Assembly: GCA_029261355.1 (NCBI GenBank)
Contig: JAJDBM010000017.1
Span: 17,736 to 81,735 of the forward strand
Direction of reading: 5' to 3'
From: Nitrospirales bacterium
Lineage (GTDB): Bacteria; Nitrospirota; Nitrospiria; Nitrospirales; UBA8639
Length of the DNA: 64,000 bases
A program made the position numbers and the translations under genes. Below, in pieces: positions 16,697 to 26,206 of this stretch. Below the pieces are notes generated by a model that was not told the origin of the DNA, searched no databases, and worked only from the letters and a program-made list of their open reading frames with translations. The first letter of the stretch is position 1, and the number at the start of each line of letters is the position of its first letter.

Positions 16697-18304
16697 TTAT
16701 GAGTGAGATGACTCATTGTTGAGTTGACGGGAACGATGACGTTGGGTCCATCCACATATCGCCAATACTATAACACAAGCCCAGGCAAACACATCGCCAT
16801 ATTGCGAATAAAAAGCGGTGGTTGTTCGAAGAGGGATGGTTTCTGTGATCGCTTCCTGTGTGAAAATCGGCGTTGTCGATATGACACGGCCATCTGGGGC
16901 AATAAATCCAGAAATGCCAGTATTAGCAGAGCGAGCAAAGGCCACACGATTTTCGACGGCTCGAAATACGACCATTCCAAAATGTTGATAGGGGGCGACG
17001 GAGTCACCGAACCAGGCATCATTGGTAATCGTGACTAGAAAGTCCGCCCCTTCTTTTGCCATCTGCCTGACTAAATCCGGAAAGATGACTTCAAAGCAAA
17101 TGGCGACACCAAATTTGAGGGGAGGGCGATCATCTTGTTGAGGGAGGGTGAGGGTGAGATCGCCTACGCCTGACCGGAAGTCCCCAATGCCGACAACTAG
17201 TTTATCTAAGAAAAATAATATCGACCGTAGCGGAATGTATTCTCCAAATGGAACAAGATGGCGCTTATCGTACCGTCCCGCTATGTCTCCTTGAGGAGTG
17301 AGGAGGTAGGCACTATTTAACAAGTAGGGGACACCATCCTGATGACGTCGAAGCGTTGGACTCCCAAACAGGAGTGATGTCTTGGTTTCTTGGGCAACGG
17401 CTGCGACCTGTCCTTGGTAGATTGGTTCTCGTTCAAAGAAAAAAGGCGTGGCCGATTCAGGCCAGATGAGGAGGTCGGTATTTTGGGCTGCGCGACGACT
17501 GAGTGTGTCATACCGACTTACCGTTTCCTGGCGATAGGTCTTATCCCATTTTCGTGCTTGGTCAATATTTCCCTGAACCACACCTACCCGGAGATTGCCT
17601 GCCGATGAGTGGTCAGTCGCATAGTAGTTGAGTTGCCAAAATCCATAGACCAGGCTTATTCCGAAAATACTTATCATGGTTGTACATGCTGCCCAGGGAA
17701 ACGGCCTCACTATCTTTCGTTGTTTATCAATGCCCCAGCCAATGAGATGAAGGAGGGTGATATTGACGAGCACAATAAGAAAGGAAATTCCGTATACGCC
17801 GGTGATGTCGGCTACTTGAATAATGGCTAACCATTGATATTGGGAATATCCAAGAAGTGCCCATGGAAAGCCACTAAATAAATAGGTTCGAAGTAGTTCT
17901 AGTGCAACCCATAGGCTTGGGGCAGCCAGGCAGGTCAGCAAAAGCCCAGATTTTTTGAACCAAGTAACGCCTGCCGTATATAGGCCGACGTACAGTCCAA
18001 TATAGCTAGCCAGTAATATCATCAGCAGTATGCTAATGAACAAGGGCACCTGGCCATAGGAATGCATGGCGGTAATGACCCAACTGACTGTGCCGGCAAA
18101 CCCAACGGTTCCAGCAAGCCATCCCCACCAAAACGATTGTTTCGGGGATAAGCCGTCAATGGCCAAATGCAGAGGGATCAACATGAACCATGCAAGCCAT
18201 CCAAGATCTAAATTGGGAAAGCACAGGGGGTAAAGGATGCCGGTTAGAAAAACGGCAAGCAGGCGAAGTGTCGGAGGTATATTCACAAGGACTAATTGCG
18301 TCAA
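16697..18304 (-). CDS. lnt: apolipoprotein N-acyltransferase
   Basis: 535 aa. Multi-TM N-terminal half plus C-terminal CN-hydrolase domain (WPES, YDKRHLVPFGEY, VAICFE). Confidence 0.9.
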   Translation of the reverse strand: MTQLVLVNIPPTLRLLAVFLTGILYPLCFPNLDLGWLAWFMLIPLHLAIDGLSPKQSFWWGWLAGTVGFAGTVSWVITAMHSYGQVPLFISILLMILLASYIGLYVGLYTAGVTWFKKSGLLLTCLAAPSLWVALELLRTYLFSGFPWALLGYSQYQWLAIIQVADITGVYGISFLIVLVNITLLHLIGWGIDKQRKIVRPFPWAACTTMISIFGISLVYGFWQLNYYATDHSSAGNLRVGVVQGNIDQARKWDKTYRQETVSRYDTLSRRAAQNTDLLIWPESATPFFFEREPIYQGQVAAVAQETKTSLLFGSPTLRRHQDGVPYLLNSAYLLTPQGDIAGRYDKRHLVPFGEYIPLRSILFFLDKLVVGIGDFRSGVGDLTLTLPQQDDRPPLKFGVAICFEVIFPDLVRQMAKEGADFLVTITNDAWFGDSVAPYQHFGMVVFRAVENRVAFARSANTGISGFIAPDGRVISTTPIFTQEAITETIPLRTTTAFYSQYGDVFAWACVIVLAICGWTQRHRSRQLNNESSHS

Positions 18305-18692
18305 TCAAAGATTTCTGATTTTTAGGGAAAGAACCTCTGCATCAGAACTTCTTAAAGCGGTATCTCTAATACCCGTCATTCCCTTCGATTGCAGCGTCAT
18401 TCTCATGCTCAAATATCTCAGGTATGCCTCGATACGTTGGCGGTAGTGCGCGTGTGCGTTTCTTGAGCTCACGAAGCATTCCTGTTTGTTAGAGATAGCC
18501 TTAATAATAAGTCGAGGGTAGCCAAGAGAATGAATGATAGGCATTAGGATATAGGGAAGCATATCAGGTCATGGAAACTGAAGCTTCAAGGAGTCTTCTC
18601 CACATAATAGAAGCCGGATGCTCTTGCTGATGTTTGTCCTAACGGTTGTCCTGGTATCGATTTATTCTCGCAGGGCCTTCCTGAGTCAAAGG

Positions 18693-19370
18693 TTATTCTT
18701 GTGGTTCTTTTTTCTTGTTTCTTCTTTGAATTTGCCAGGTCGTTGCGCAAATGAGCCCAGTTCCTAACAGCATGGCTGACGTGGGTTCAGGGACAGGCGT
18801 TGGCATTAGACCATTGGTTTCATATGAGAAGTTGTCAAATTGAACACTATTGCCTTCTCCTCGTCGTTCAATCATTCTGCCAAATTCCACATAGGCAATT
18901 TGGGGGGCACTCACCGATAAGAGGAATCCTCCTCGCGTCCCCGCTGGAAGTAGTCTGAAGCTGCTATCTAATAGGGTGTCGTTGCTGTCAAAGCCTTTTA
19001 AAAACAGGTTGTCCACATCCCCTCCATTATCCCCGAGGACGACTGAAACCATATTGACTCCTGGGACAATGAAATCTGCTCGAAAAGGGTCGTCAGGAAG
19101 GGGTTGGGTCTGGTCCCATCTTGCTGATCGAGAGGGACTAAATGGTGGGGCTGGAGCTCCTAGCTGTGAAACAATGTTGACTCCGTTTGATGATTGGCTG
19201 AATGTGACATCCGGAGAGCCTCCCGGTATCGAAAGTATTTCTTTGCAGCCAGCAGGCGCAGGGTTATTGCCGCATCCATTTTCAAAGTCTAGTGAAATTG
19301 CCCATGCGCTTACTGAACTGGAAAGGAAAAATATAATGAGGGCGAAGTTGATAATGAGGCCTCTTTTCAT
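18693..19370 (-). CDS. PEP-CTERM sorting-domain secreted protein
   Basis: Signal peptide. The C-terminus PVPEPTSAMLLGTGLICATTWQIQRRNKKK has VPEP, a TM helix and a basic tail. AAGGAG RBS present. Confidence 0.75.
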   Translation of the reverse strand: MKRGLIINFALIIFFLSSSVSAWAISLDFENGCGNNPAPAGCKEILSIPGGSPDVTFSQSSNGVNIVSQLGAPAPPFSPSRSARWDQTQPLPDDPFRADFIVPGVNMVSVVLGDNGGDVDNLFLKGFDSNDTLLDSSFRLLPAGTRGGFLLSVSAPQIAYVEFGRMIERRGEGNSVQFDNFSYETNGLMPTPVPEPTSAMLLGTGLICATTWQIQRRNKKKEPQE

Positions 19371-19899
19371 GCGAGGGATACTCCTTAGTCATGAATGAAC
19401 AAAATAAAGACACAGTTTTTCCAGCGGTATTAAATAAACGTGTAATTCGCTCTTGGAGGAGAGCATGATTCTTACTGGAAGTGGGTGGGAGTACATGAAT
19501 AAAAAAAATCGGTTTAAATTGTTGGCTCACCACAAAAAACAGAATTTACAAGTTCTCCCATTCCTGGACTTCAGTTGTGCGGGAAGGGGATTAGTGCAGC
19601 GGTGCCTCTGCAGGCACAATCACAGACTCAACGTTCATGGTGCAAACAATCCTGTTCTAACAAAGTTAGGTGATGGATAGAGGAGGTGAACAGGGTAGAC
19701 AGGGTTCATCATGGCAGTGTGTATGATTTTGAGGTGTAGGGGGTTAGTCAATAATGAAGGATTCTCAATCATGCGAATAGGGGAATGAGTCGCATGTTTA
19801 TAGTAGAGGCCTTGATGAGTGTGTCATTAAGAAAAATATGAGTTTAAGGAAGGTAAGTTAAGTTAAGTGGGGAAGGTGAGAGTCAATTTGCTGTTCAAT

Positions 19900-20091
19900 T
19901 TACACCGCTTTTTGTACATGCCCTGATCGAAGACAGCGCGTACAGACAAGAATTCGGCGAGCAGCACCCTTCACCAATGCTTTCACAGTTTGAAGGTTTG
20001 GACGAAAAACTCGCTTGGTTCGGTTATTCGCATGACTGACATTATTGCCAACTTGGCGTTTTTTTCCACATATGTCACAGGCAAAGGCCAT
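19900..20091 (-). CDS. rpmB: 50S ribosomal protein L28
   Basis: 63 aa: [34 protein letters not shown]... Confidence 0.95.
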   Translation of the reverse strand: MAFACDICGKKRQVGNNVSHANNRTKRVFRPNLQTVKALVKGAARRILVCTRCLRSGHVQKAV

Positions 20092-20221
20092 GGCGTACTC
20101 TCCTAAAAGGCTTTAAAGTTGTGAGGGACGAATGACCTTGTTACCATAGGCCGTCCCTTGAAGACAAGTATTCTATAAATCCTGAACACTGCTTAATGTC
20201 TCCTATTATCAGAGAAACCTC

Positions 20222-22840
20222 ATGGTGAAGCAAGGGCTAGGAGGTGAAATTGATGATTTCTACTTGTCTTGGCAGAAATCTCTTAACCAACTGGTTCCTT
20301 CTACTTCCCAGCACCATGCCTTGGCAATCCCTCCCTTCCAGAATGACCTGTCGGTGGGAGCCAGGATATCTAAGCAGATATTTGAATTATTAGGAAAAAA
20401 TGTTTTCCCATCGAGCCTCGAAGCAGAGCTCATCATTTTAAAGGAACTATTCGTCCAATTCGATAACGTTCAGAGTCAACACGAGCGTCGGTCTCGTCTT
20501 TTAGAAGCACGGAAAGTGCTAGAGCGATTCAATTCCGTTGGGAAGACTTGTGGTCTTCCATTGTCACAGACGGCATCGTTACCCAATCCTCTGTCAGAAT
20601 CAACGACCTCAATACCCTTTCAGCCTCAGTTGAAAGCCGACTTGTGGAATCTTCCTATTCGTTTTGCCAAGGGCGTGGGGCCAAGCCGTGCACTTCTTTT
20701 TGGGAAACTCGGGGTGACAACGGTTGAAGAGGCTTTTTGGTTTCTCCCTTGGCGATATGAAGATTGGTCCGTGATTGTCCCCATTAAGCAGCTTCGACCC
20801 GACATGAAAGTGACGATTGAAGGGCGGGTAACGGCATGTCACGTACGACGAACATCACGAAAAAAACTGGTCCTCATCACGATCTCTATTGATGATGGGA
20901 CTGGTGTCCTTGACGCAGTATTTTTTAATCAACCATTTTTAGAGCAAATATTTATTCTAGGAACGACCCTTCTTTTACGAGGCGATGTGCTCATGGGGCA
21001 GAATGGCTTTGTGCCTCTTCACATGCGCGCTCCGCAACATGAGCTGATTCGAGATGATGGGGCTTCCAGGTCGAGGCGAGGTCGGTTGGTTCCCGTGTAT
21101 CACGAAACAAAAGGGCTGACATCTCGACAACTTCGTCGGGTATTGAGCGACTTGTATGAACAACATGGCCATGAAATTGAAGAAATTCTTCCGCCCAGTC
21201 TTTTAACTGAATTGAAGTTGCCGGCGTTAGGAGTTGCGGTGTCTGCTTTACATTTCTCTGACCATACAGAAAAAGTCGATACCCTCAATGAAGGTGTCAC
21301 CCGTGCTCATCAACGTTTGGCATTTGAAGAGTTGCTCTTGCTTCAACTTGCTCTGGCCATGCGTCGACGTATTATGCAAAATGAAACTCGAGGTATTGCA
21401 TTTAATTGTTCAAGCCCCCTGACTGAGAAGTTTCGGGATCTCCTGCCCTTTACATTGACTACTGCACAGAGCCGAGTTATTCAAGAAATTGAGTCAGATA
21501 TGGCGTCCCCAAGGTCAATGAATCGTCTCCTTCAGGGAGATGTTGGATCAGGCAAGACCATTGTGGCATTACAGGCCATGGTTGCGGCATGTGGGTCTGG
21601 CTATCAGGCGGCACTCATGGCCCCGACCGAAGTATTGAGTGAACAGCATTTCCTCACAGTTGAGCCCTACTTCAGGCAGCTTGGTCTTACTGCTGTCTTT
21701 CTAAAAGGAGGGCAGCCGATGCGTGATCGCACCAAAAGTCTTAAGCAATTGGTTTCTGGTGAGGCTCAGGTAGCTGTGGGAACGCATGCTTTACTTCAGC
21801 CAGATGTGATGTTTGCTAAATTAGGGTTAGTCGTGGTGGATGAGCAACATAAGTTTGGGGTCTTGCAGCGAGCACAATTGAGAAAGAAAAGTGTAAATCC
21901 TCCAAACGTGTTGGTGATGACTGCCACCCCTATTCCTCGTACGTTAGCGATGACGGTATATGGCGATTTGGATGTATCGGTCATCGATAAACTGCCTCCT
22001 GGGCGAAAAGTTGTTCGTACTCAATTGTTCCAGGATGTAGAGCGTAGCCGAGCCTATGCACTCCTTAGAAAAGAGGTGAAAGCGGGTCGCCAAGCCTATA
22101 TCGTCTATCCTCTTGTTGAGCCTTCTGAGAAAATTGATTTACAAGCAGCGGTTGAAGCTGCTGAACAGTTACAACGAGACGAGTTTCCAGAGTTGAAAAT
22201 TGGCTTACTCCATGGCCGAATGAAATCAAAGGAAAAGCATGCAGTCATGGCGGAATTTAAGGCGGGACATATACATATCCTTGTGGCCACGACAGTGATT
22301 GAAGTTGGGGTTGATGTTTCAAATGCGACCGTTATTCTGATTGAGCATGCTGAACGCTTTGGCTTGGCTCAGTTGCATCAATTGCGAGGCAGGGTCGGTC
22401 GTGGAGCTGGACAGTCGTACTGCTTCTTGCTTCGGTCAGCTGAAAAACCTTTGACTCTACGGACCATGAATCCTGAATTACCTCTGACTCTTACTCCGCT
22501 TTCTCTGGAAGATAGTGAGAATGCACAATTACGAAGAAATGCTCAGCAAGAAAGCCATAGACTGAGAATCATGACGCGATGTGCCGATGGATTTTCATTA
22601 GCTGAGGAGGATCTTAAGATGCGTGGGCCGGGAAATGTGTTAGGCGTTCAGCAATGGGGTACCGTTGAATTTCTGGTGGCAAATCTCCTGCGTGACCGCC
22701 ATCTTCTCCTGGATGCTCGACGAGTAGCAGGGGAGATTTTGAGCACCGACCACCAGCTCCAATCATTCGAAAACCAAGGCTTAAAAGCTGCTATGCTGCG
22801 AAAATGGGGAAAGACATTTGAGTTAGGAAATATTGGGTGA
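20222..22840 (+). CDS. recG: ATP-dependent DNA helicase RecG (long form)
   Basis: Wedge domain plus SF2 motifs GDVGSGKT, DEQHKFG, TATPIPRT, QLRGRVGRG. About 130 extra N-terminal residues if ATG 20222 is used; internal GTG or TTG starts cannot be excluded. Confidence 0.9.
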   Translation: MVKQGLGGEIDDFYLSWQKSLNQLVPSTSQHHALAIPPFQNDLSVGARISKQIFELLGKNVFPSSLEAELIILKELFVQFDNVQSQHERRSRLLEARKVLERFNSVGKTCGLPLSQTASLPNPLSESTTSIPFQPQLKADLWNLPIRFAKGVGPSRALLFGKLGVTTVEEAFWFLPWRYEDWSVIVPIKQLRPDMKVTIEGRVTACHVRRTSRKKLVLITISIDDGTGVLDAVFFNQPFLEQIFILGTTLLLRGDVLMGQNGFVPLHMRAPQHELIRDDGASRSRRGRLVPVYHETKGLTSRQLRRVLSDLYEQHGHEIEEILPPSLLTELKLPALGVAVSALHFSDHTEKVDTLNEGVTRAHQRLAFEELLLLQLALAMRRRIMQNETRGIAFNCSSPLTEKFRDLLPFTLTTAQSRVIQEIESDMASPRSMNRLLQGDVGSGKTIVALQAMVAACGSGYQAALMAPTEVLSEQHFLTVEPYFRQLGLTAVFLKGGQPMRDRTKSLKQLVSGEAQVAVGTHALLQPDVMFAKLGLVVVDEQHKFGVLQRAQLRKKSVNPPNVLVMTATPIPRTLAMTVYGDLDVSVIDKLPPGRKVVRTQLFQDVERSRAYALLRKEVKAGRQAYIVYPLVEPSEKIDLQAAVEAAEQLQRDEFPELKIGLLHGRMKSKEKHAVMAEFKAGHIHILVATTVIEVGVDVSNATVILIEHAERFGLAQLHQLRGRVGRGAGQSYCFLLRSAEKPLTLRTMNPELPLTLTPLSLEDSENAQLRRNAQQESHRLRIMTRCADGFSLAEEDLKMRGPGNVLGVQQWGTVEFLVANLLRDRHLLLDARRVAGEILSTDHQLQSFENQGLKAAMLRKWGKTFELGNIG

Positions 22841-22921
22841 TAAGCAATTTGAGAGGCTTGAAGACTCATCACTTGCACGTAAGTACTTGATTTTCATCAA
22901 TTCATGATTTTATTTCATGGT

Positions 22922-22950
22922 TTGACCTCCTGGTACGTTCATGCTAAAAA
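22922..22950 (+). promoter_or_regulatory. putative sigma-70 promoter for tRNA-Leu
   Basis: TTGACC, 17-nt spacer, TAAAAA preceded by TGC (extended -10-like). It ends 18 nt before the tRNA 5' end. Confidence 0.35.
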
Positions 22951-22967
22951 CCGCCATCAGTTAGTTA

Positions 22968-23054
22968 GCCCGGATGGCGGAACTGGCAGACGCGCCGGAC
23001 TCAAAATCCGGTTCTCGCAAGAGAGTGGGAGTTCGACCCTCCCTCCGGGCACCA
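22968..23054 (+). tRNA. tRNA-Leu (anticodon CAA)
   Basis: Cloverleaf folded by hand. Acceptor GCCCGGA/TCCGGGC, anticodon stem CCGGA/TCCGG with loop CTCAAAA, long variable arm, T arm GGGAG-TTCGACC-CTCCC, encoded CCA. Confidence 0.9.
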
Positions 23055-23124
23055 GGAATGTTAGCCTGGTTGCCTGCAAATACTGAGGTTGTGATGTATT
23101 ATCGAGAGTTAGTGATGATTTTAC

Positions 23125-23153
23125 TTGACAGGGACATGGCAGTTGACTATAGT
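23125..23153 (+). promoter_or_regulatory. near-consensus sigma-70 promoter
   Basis: TTGACA, 17-nt spacer, TATAGT. About 90 nt upstream of the ATG at 23244. Confidence 0.45.
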
Positions 23154-23243
23154 TTGAGCCCTTAAAACTAGAAATAGAGTTCAAGTTCGTTTCAATCAAT
23201 TATTTTTACCGATTATTCACTTACACTTCCAAGGAGGAGCCAC

Positions 23244-23999
23244 ATGCGGAAGTTAGGGTACTTTGGAGCAGCAATCATTCTTGCAGGCTCGGTGAGCGTG
23301 GCAGTGGGTCAAGAGCGTGCACCTCAGCATTCTGGTTTTGGTACGGGCGTCGGTGAATCGCAAGGTTCAGGTACGAGAGCTCGTGTCATGGATGAAGGTG
23401 ACATGTTGCGTTATCTCTCAGCACCTGAGACTGTAATGGGCGAAGTAGTCGCCGTTGACGGACCAGGTGGAAGAATTTACATCGACATGGGTGGTAGTTC
23501 ACATGATGAGCGACAGATGCAGCGCGGTCCGCTCAACATGCAAATTCTTTATTTTGATGGCGACACCAATATGGAGAATTTGAAAATGGTTGGGAAGGGA
23601 GACTATGTCTCAATCCAAGCCGTTCAAGAAACCAATGCTGCTCATAAGTTCAGCACTGGACGGAAAATGGTCAGAGAAGTGTACGTGATAGAAGGAAGTC
23701 AAGTGCTTGGTGGTGAAGACAATCCAAACTTTGGTGGTGGATTTGGACAACGTCCTGATATGACCAACTATCGTGGAATTGTCACTCCAACTGCTGGATA
23801 TACGGGTGTTCCTGCTGGTGGCATTCAAATGGGTGCTATCAACTCAGGAATTTCTTCATCAGTTGGAACAATCACAGGCGCTGCCCCTTGCTGGCAATGC
23901 GCTCCTCAGCCAGACACCATTAATGCGACATCTAGCAAGACCATTGCTACTGATTATGGGGCTGATAGAAAGAACTTCAATAAGGGAACGGTTCAGTAG
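23244..23999 (+). CDS. secreted Gly-rich protein of unknown function (C-terminal CWQC)
   Basis: 251 aa with signal peptide MRKLGYFGAAIILAGSVSVAVGQ and RBS AAGGAGGAG. No family recognised. Confidence 0.65.
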   Translation: MRKLGYFGAAIILAGSVSVAVGQERAPQHSGFGTGVGESQGSGTRARVMDEGDMLRYLSAPETVMGEVVAVDGPGGRIYIDMGGSSHDERQMQRGPLNMQILYFDGDTNMENLKMVGKGDYVSIQAVQETNAAHKFSTGRKMVREVYVIEGSQVLGGEDNPNFGGGFGQRPDMTNYRGIVTPTAGYTGVPAGGIQMGAINSGISSSVGTITGAAPCWQCAPQPDTINATSSKTIATDYGADRKNFNKGTVQ

Positions 24000-24035
24000 T
24001 ACGAACCTCAAGTTTCCTTTGTGATACATAAAAGG

Positions 24036-24073
24036 GCGTGCTGGTATATTATGCCGGCACGCTTTTTTTTTTT
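24036..24073 (+). terminator. rho-independent terminator
   Basis: Stem GCGTGCTGG / CCGGCACGC (one G-T pair), 9-nt loop, then 11 consecutive T. Confidence 0.8.
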
Positions 24074-24167
24074 AGGTAAGATAATTGTTTTATGTCATTG
24101 CAATGAGTCGCAAGGCAGTATGTTGGAGCTAGCTTAAACGAATAAATTTCTTGGAGATTGTATACTT

Positions 24168-24416
24168 GTGGAAAGTCGTGAAGTTGAGGCAGAGTTAGAT
24201 CTGCGTGGCGTGATTTGTCCCTACAACTTTGTTAAAACAAAGTTAAAGTTGGATGATATGCTTCCCGGGACAGTCCTGGCTGTATTGTTGGACGATGGAG
24301 ATCCAATTCGAAATGTACCTCAAAGTGTCAAGAATGAAGGACATGCCGTGCTTCAGCAAGAGCCTGTTCAGAATGCTTTTCGAGTCTTGATTCGAAAAAA
24401 AACTGATGACATTTAG
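24168..24416 (+). CDS. TusA/SirA-like sulfur carrier protein
   Basis: 82 aa. LDLRGVICPYNFVKTK matches the TusA Cys-Pro active-site context. GTG start. Confidence 0.7.
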   Translation: MESREVEAELDLRGVICPYNFVKTKLKLDDMLPGTVLAVLLDDGDPIRNVPQSVKNEGHAVLQQEPVQNAFRVLIRKKTDDI

Positions 24417-25120
24417 TGAGATTCATTCGGCCGAGGGTGTTTCTTTTGGCGATTTCCTTCAATCAGTAACGTCACTTCACCTTTAATTCGTTGAGGTAGG
24501 CCTGTTTTGAGTATCTCTTCGGCTGTCCCTCGCAAAAGCTCTTCATTGAGTTTAGTTAATTCACGTGCAATTACGACTTTTCGATTGAGGAAGACTTCTT
24601 GAATGATCTCAAGTGTTGAGCGGATTCTGTATGGTGTTTCAAAGAGGATGATCGTTCGTGGTTCCTCAACGAGCTGGGTGAGGAGTTTTGTTCGTGCACC
24701 AGATTTTTTAGGTAAAAAACCTTGAAAGATAAATGCATCTGGGGGAAGCCCTGAAGCCGTCAATGCAACCAGGATTGCCGATGCACCAGGTATTGCCACA
24801 ACAGGAATTTGATTAGCAATCGCTTCACGGGTTAAGTAGTAGCCAGGGTCTGAAATGAGAGGCGTTCCTGCATCAGAGACCAATGCAACATTGCTTTTTT
24901 CAAGGAGTCGCTTAATAAGGATGGGGGATTTCTCTTCCTTGTTAAAGTCATGGTAGCTGGTGAGAGGTGTGTGTATATTGTAATAAGTACATAGCTTTTG
25001 AGTTCTTCGGGTATCTTCCGCTGCAATGACTGACGCTTCTTGCAAAATACGAATTGCTCGAAATGTCATGTCCTCAAGGTTGCCTATAGGTGTACTCACG
25101 ATAAAAAGTGTTCCAGTCAT
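24413..25120 (-). CDS. rsmI: 16S rRNA (cytidine1402-2'-O)-methyltransferase RsmI
   Basis: 235 aa. N-terminus MTGTLFIVSTPIGNLEDMTFRAIRIL..AEDTR, tetrapyrrole-methylase fold. Confidence 0.9.
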   Translation of the reverse strand: MTGTLFIVSTPIGNLEDMTFRAIRILQEASVIAAEDTRRTQKLCTYYNIHTPLTSYHDFNKEEKSPILIKRLLEKSNVALVSDAGTPLISDPGYYLTREAIANQIPVVAIPGASAILVALTASGLPPDAFIFQGFLPKKSGARTKLLTQLVEEPRTIILFETPYRIRSTLEIIQEVFLNRKVVIARELTKLNEELLRGTAEEILKTGLPQRIKGEVTLLIEGNRQKKHPRPNESH

Positions 25121-25319
25121 GTACTTCTAGCGCCTTCGTCAACCTAAATCGAAAAGTGGTAATTACTCCTACACATCAGTCAATGTGTCTCTTGGATACC
25201 ATAGACGGTAACGCAAAAGACATCTTTTAATCTGAGGTAGAATGTTTACTTCAGTGTATGCATTTTCTGAACTATCCTTTTTGAACTAAATGCCTATACT
25301 GACTCGCTTTCTGGTTTCC

Positions 25320-25348
25320 TTGACCTCCTTTCGGTCCATGTCTATACT
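25320..25348 (+). promoter_or_regulatory. putative sigma-70 promoter of the hem supra-operon
   Basis: TTGACC, 17-nt spacer, TATACT. 52 nt upstream of ATG 25400. Confidence 0.4.
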
Positions 25349-25399
25349 CAAAATTTGGACTGCATAGGTTCTCTGAAATTCCCTTAACAAGAAGGCTTT

Positions 25400-26206
25400 A
25401 TGGCAGAGACTCTCATTCGAGTCACAATGGTTCTGTATTTTATTGGGACCATGTTGTTTCTTATTTACCTCTTGCGTCGGTCTGACTTTTTATCAAAGGG
25501 GGCGCTTGCGGTTGCCGGTCTTGGCTTTGTGTTTCATACATTTGCGAACCTGGCGAGGACGATAAATTTAGGGCATATTCCCATCATGACCTTTCAGGAG
25601 GCCATGTCATTTTTTGCTTGGACTTTGGTGTTGGTTTTTTTGGGCGTCGCTCTTAAGCGTGGTCTATATGTATTGGGGGCGTTTCTCTTGCCTCTTGCAT
25701 TTCTTTCTTTAGTGTCAGCAAGGATTGCCCCGACGGGTACGGCGGCGTTCCAGCCAGTATTTGAAACCGTCTGGGTGCATGTCACCCTGAGTATGCTGGG
25801 GACCGTCGGGTTTGCCGTCGCCTTTGTGGCAGGAATTATGTACCTCATGCAAGATAGGATGCTGAAATCTAAGCAATTTAATACTTTATATGTGAAACTT
25901 CCGCCCCTTGATTTCCTAGATTCCTTGAATCAGCGATCCATCCTTCTTGGATTTCCATTTTTAACTTTAGGAATCCTGACTGGTTCTTTGTCAGCGCACA
26001 TGAGTTTTGGGTCATATATGAGCTGGAACTCGGAGCAAGTCTGGGCCCTGGTGACGTGGGTTTTTTATTTTGCAGTTCTGCTTGGCCGAGTGACTGTCGG
26101 TTGGCGAGCAAAGAAAGCAGCCTATCTCACGATTGTAGGGTTTGCGGCAGTGATTTTAACCTTTGTCGGGGTGGTGCTAAAGAACCAAGGCCCTGTGAGT
26201 CTATGA
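25400..26206 (+). CDS. CcsA-family cytochrome c assembly-like membrane protein (HemX-type, precedes hemA)
   Basis: 268 aa, about 8 TM helices. Trp-rich segment YMSWNSEQVWALVTW. Its stop overlaps the hemA start, as in Bacillus-type hemA-hemX clusters. Confidence 0.75.
   Translation: MAETLIRVTMVLYFIGTMLFLIYLLRRSDFLSKGALAVAGLGFVFHTFANLARTINLGHIPIMTFQEAMSFFAWTLVLVFLGVALKRGLYVLGAFLLPLAFLSLVSARIAPTGTAAFQPVFETVWVHVTLSMLGTVGFAVAFVAGIMYLMQDRMLKSKQFNTLYVKLPPLDFLDSLNQRSILLGFPFLTLGILTGSLSAHMSFGSYMSWNSEQVWALVTWVFYFAVLLGRVTVGWRAKKAAYLTIVGFAAVILTFVGVVLKNQGPVSL

Noticed and set aside
19561-19620. Minus-strand GAAGTCCAGG, resembling the RNase P RNA GGAAAGUCCGGGC motif, in the long spacer upstream of the PEP-CTERM gene. 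I also considered a c-di-GMP riboswitch.
   Set aside because: No other RNase P conserved regions (P4 partner, ACAGAA-type elements) or GEMM consensus helices could be found around it. An isolated 8-10 nt match is expected by chance.
20092-20221. The strand switch between rpmB (minus block) and recG (plus block), considered as a possible replication origin. The TTATCC cluster at 36.6 kb was considered as DnaA boxes.
   Set aside because: No dnaA or dnaN, no cluster of full DnaA boxes and no AT-rich unwinding element at the switch. The TTATCC copies are partial matches with irregular spacing inside an operon.
22968-23243. tRNA-Leu considered as an integration site for a genomic island carrying the secreted-protein cassette.
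   Set aside because: I found no direct repeat of the tRNA 3' end downstream and no integrase gene nearby. The following genes (tusA-like, rsmI) are core-like.
26056-26202. Upstream extensions of hemA in the ORF track. The same applies to tsaD (51941-52087), yicC (55541-55588), the SmbP-like gene (9655-9720) and the lipoprotein gene (11152-11220).
   Set aside because: The extensions overlap the preceding gene or a terminator. Conserved N-termini and good RBS or ATGA coupling mark the downstream starts.
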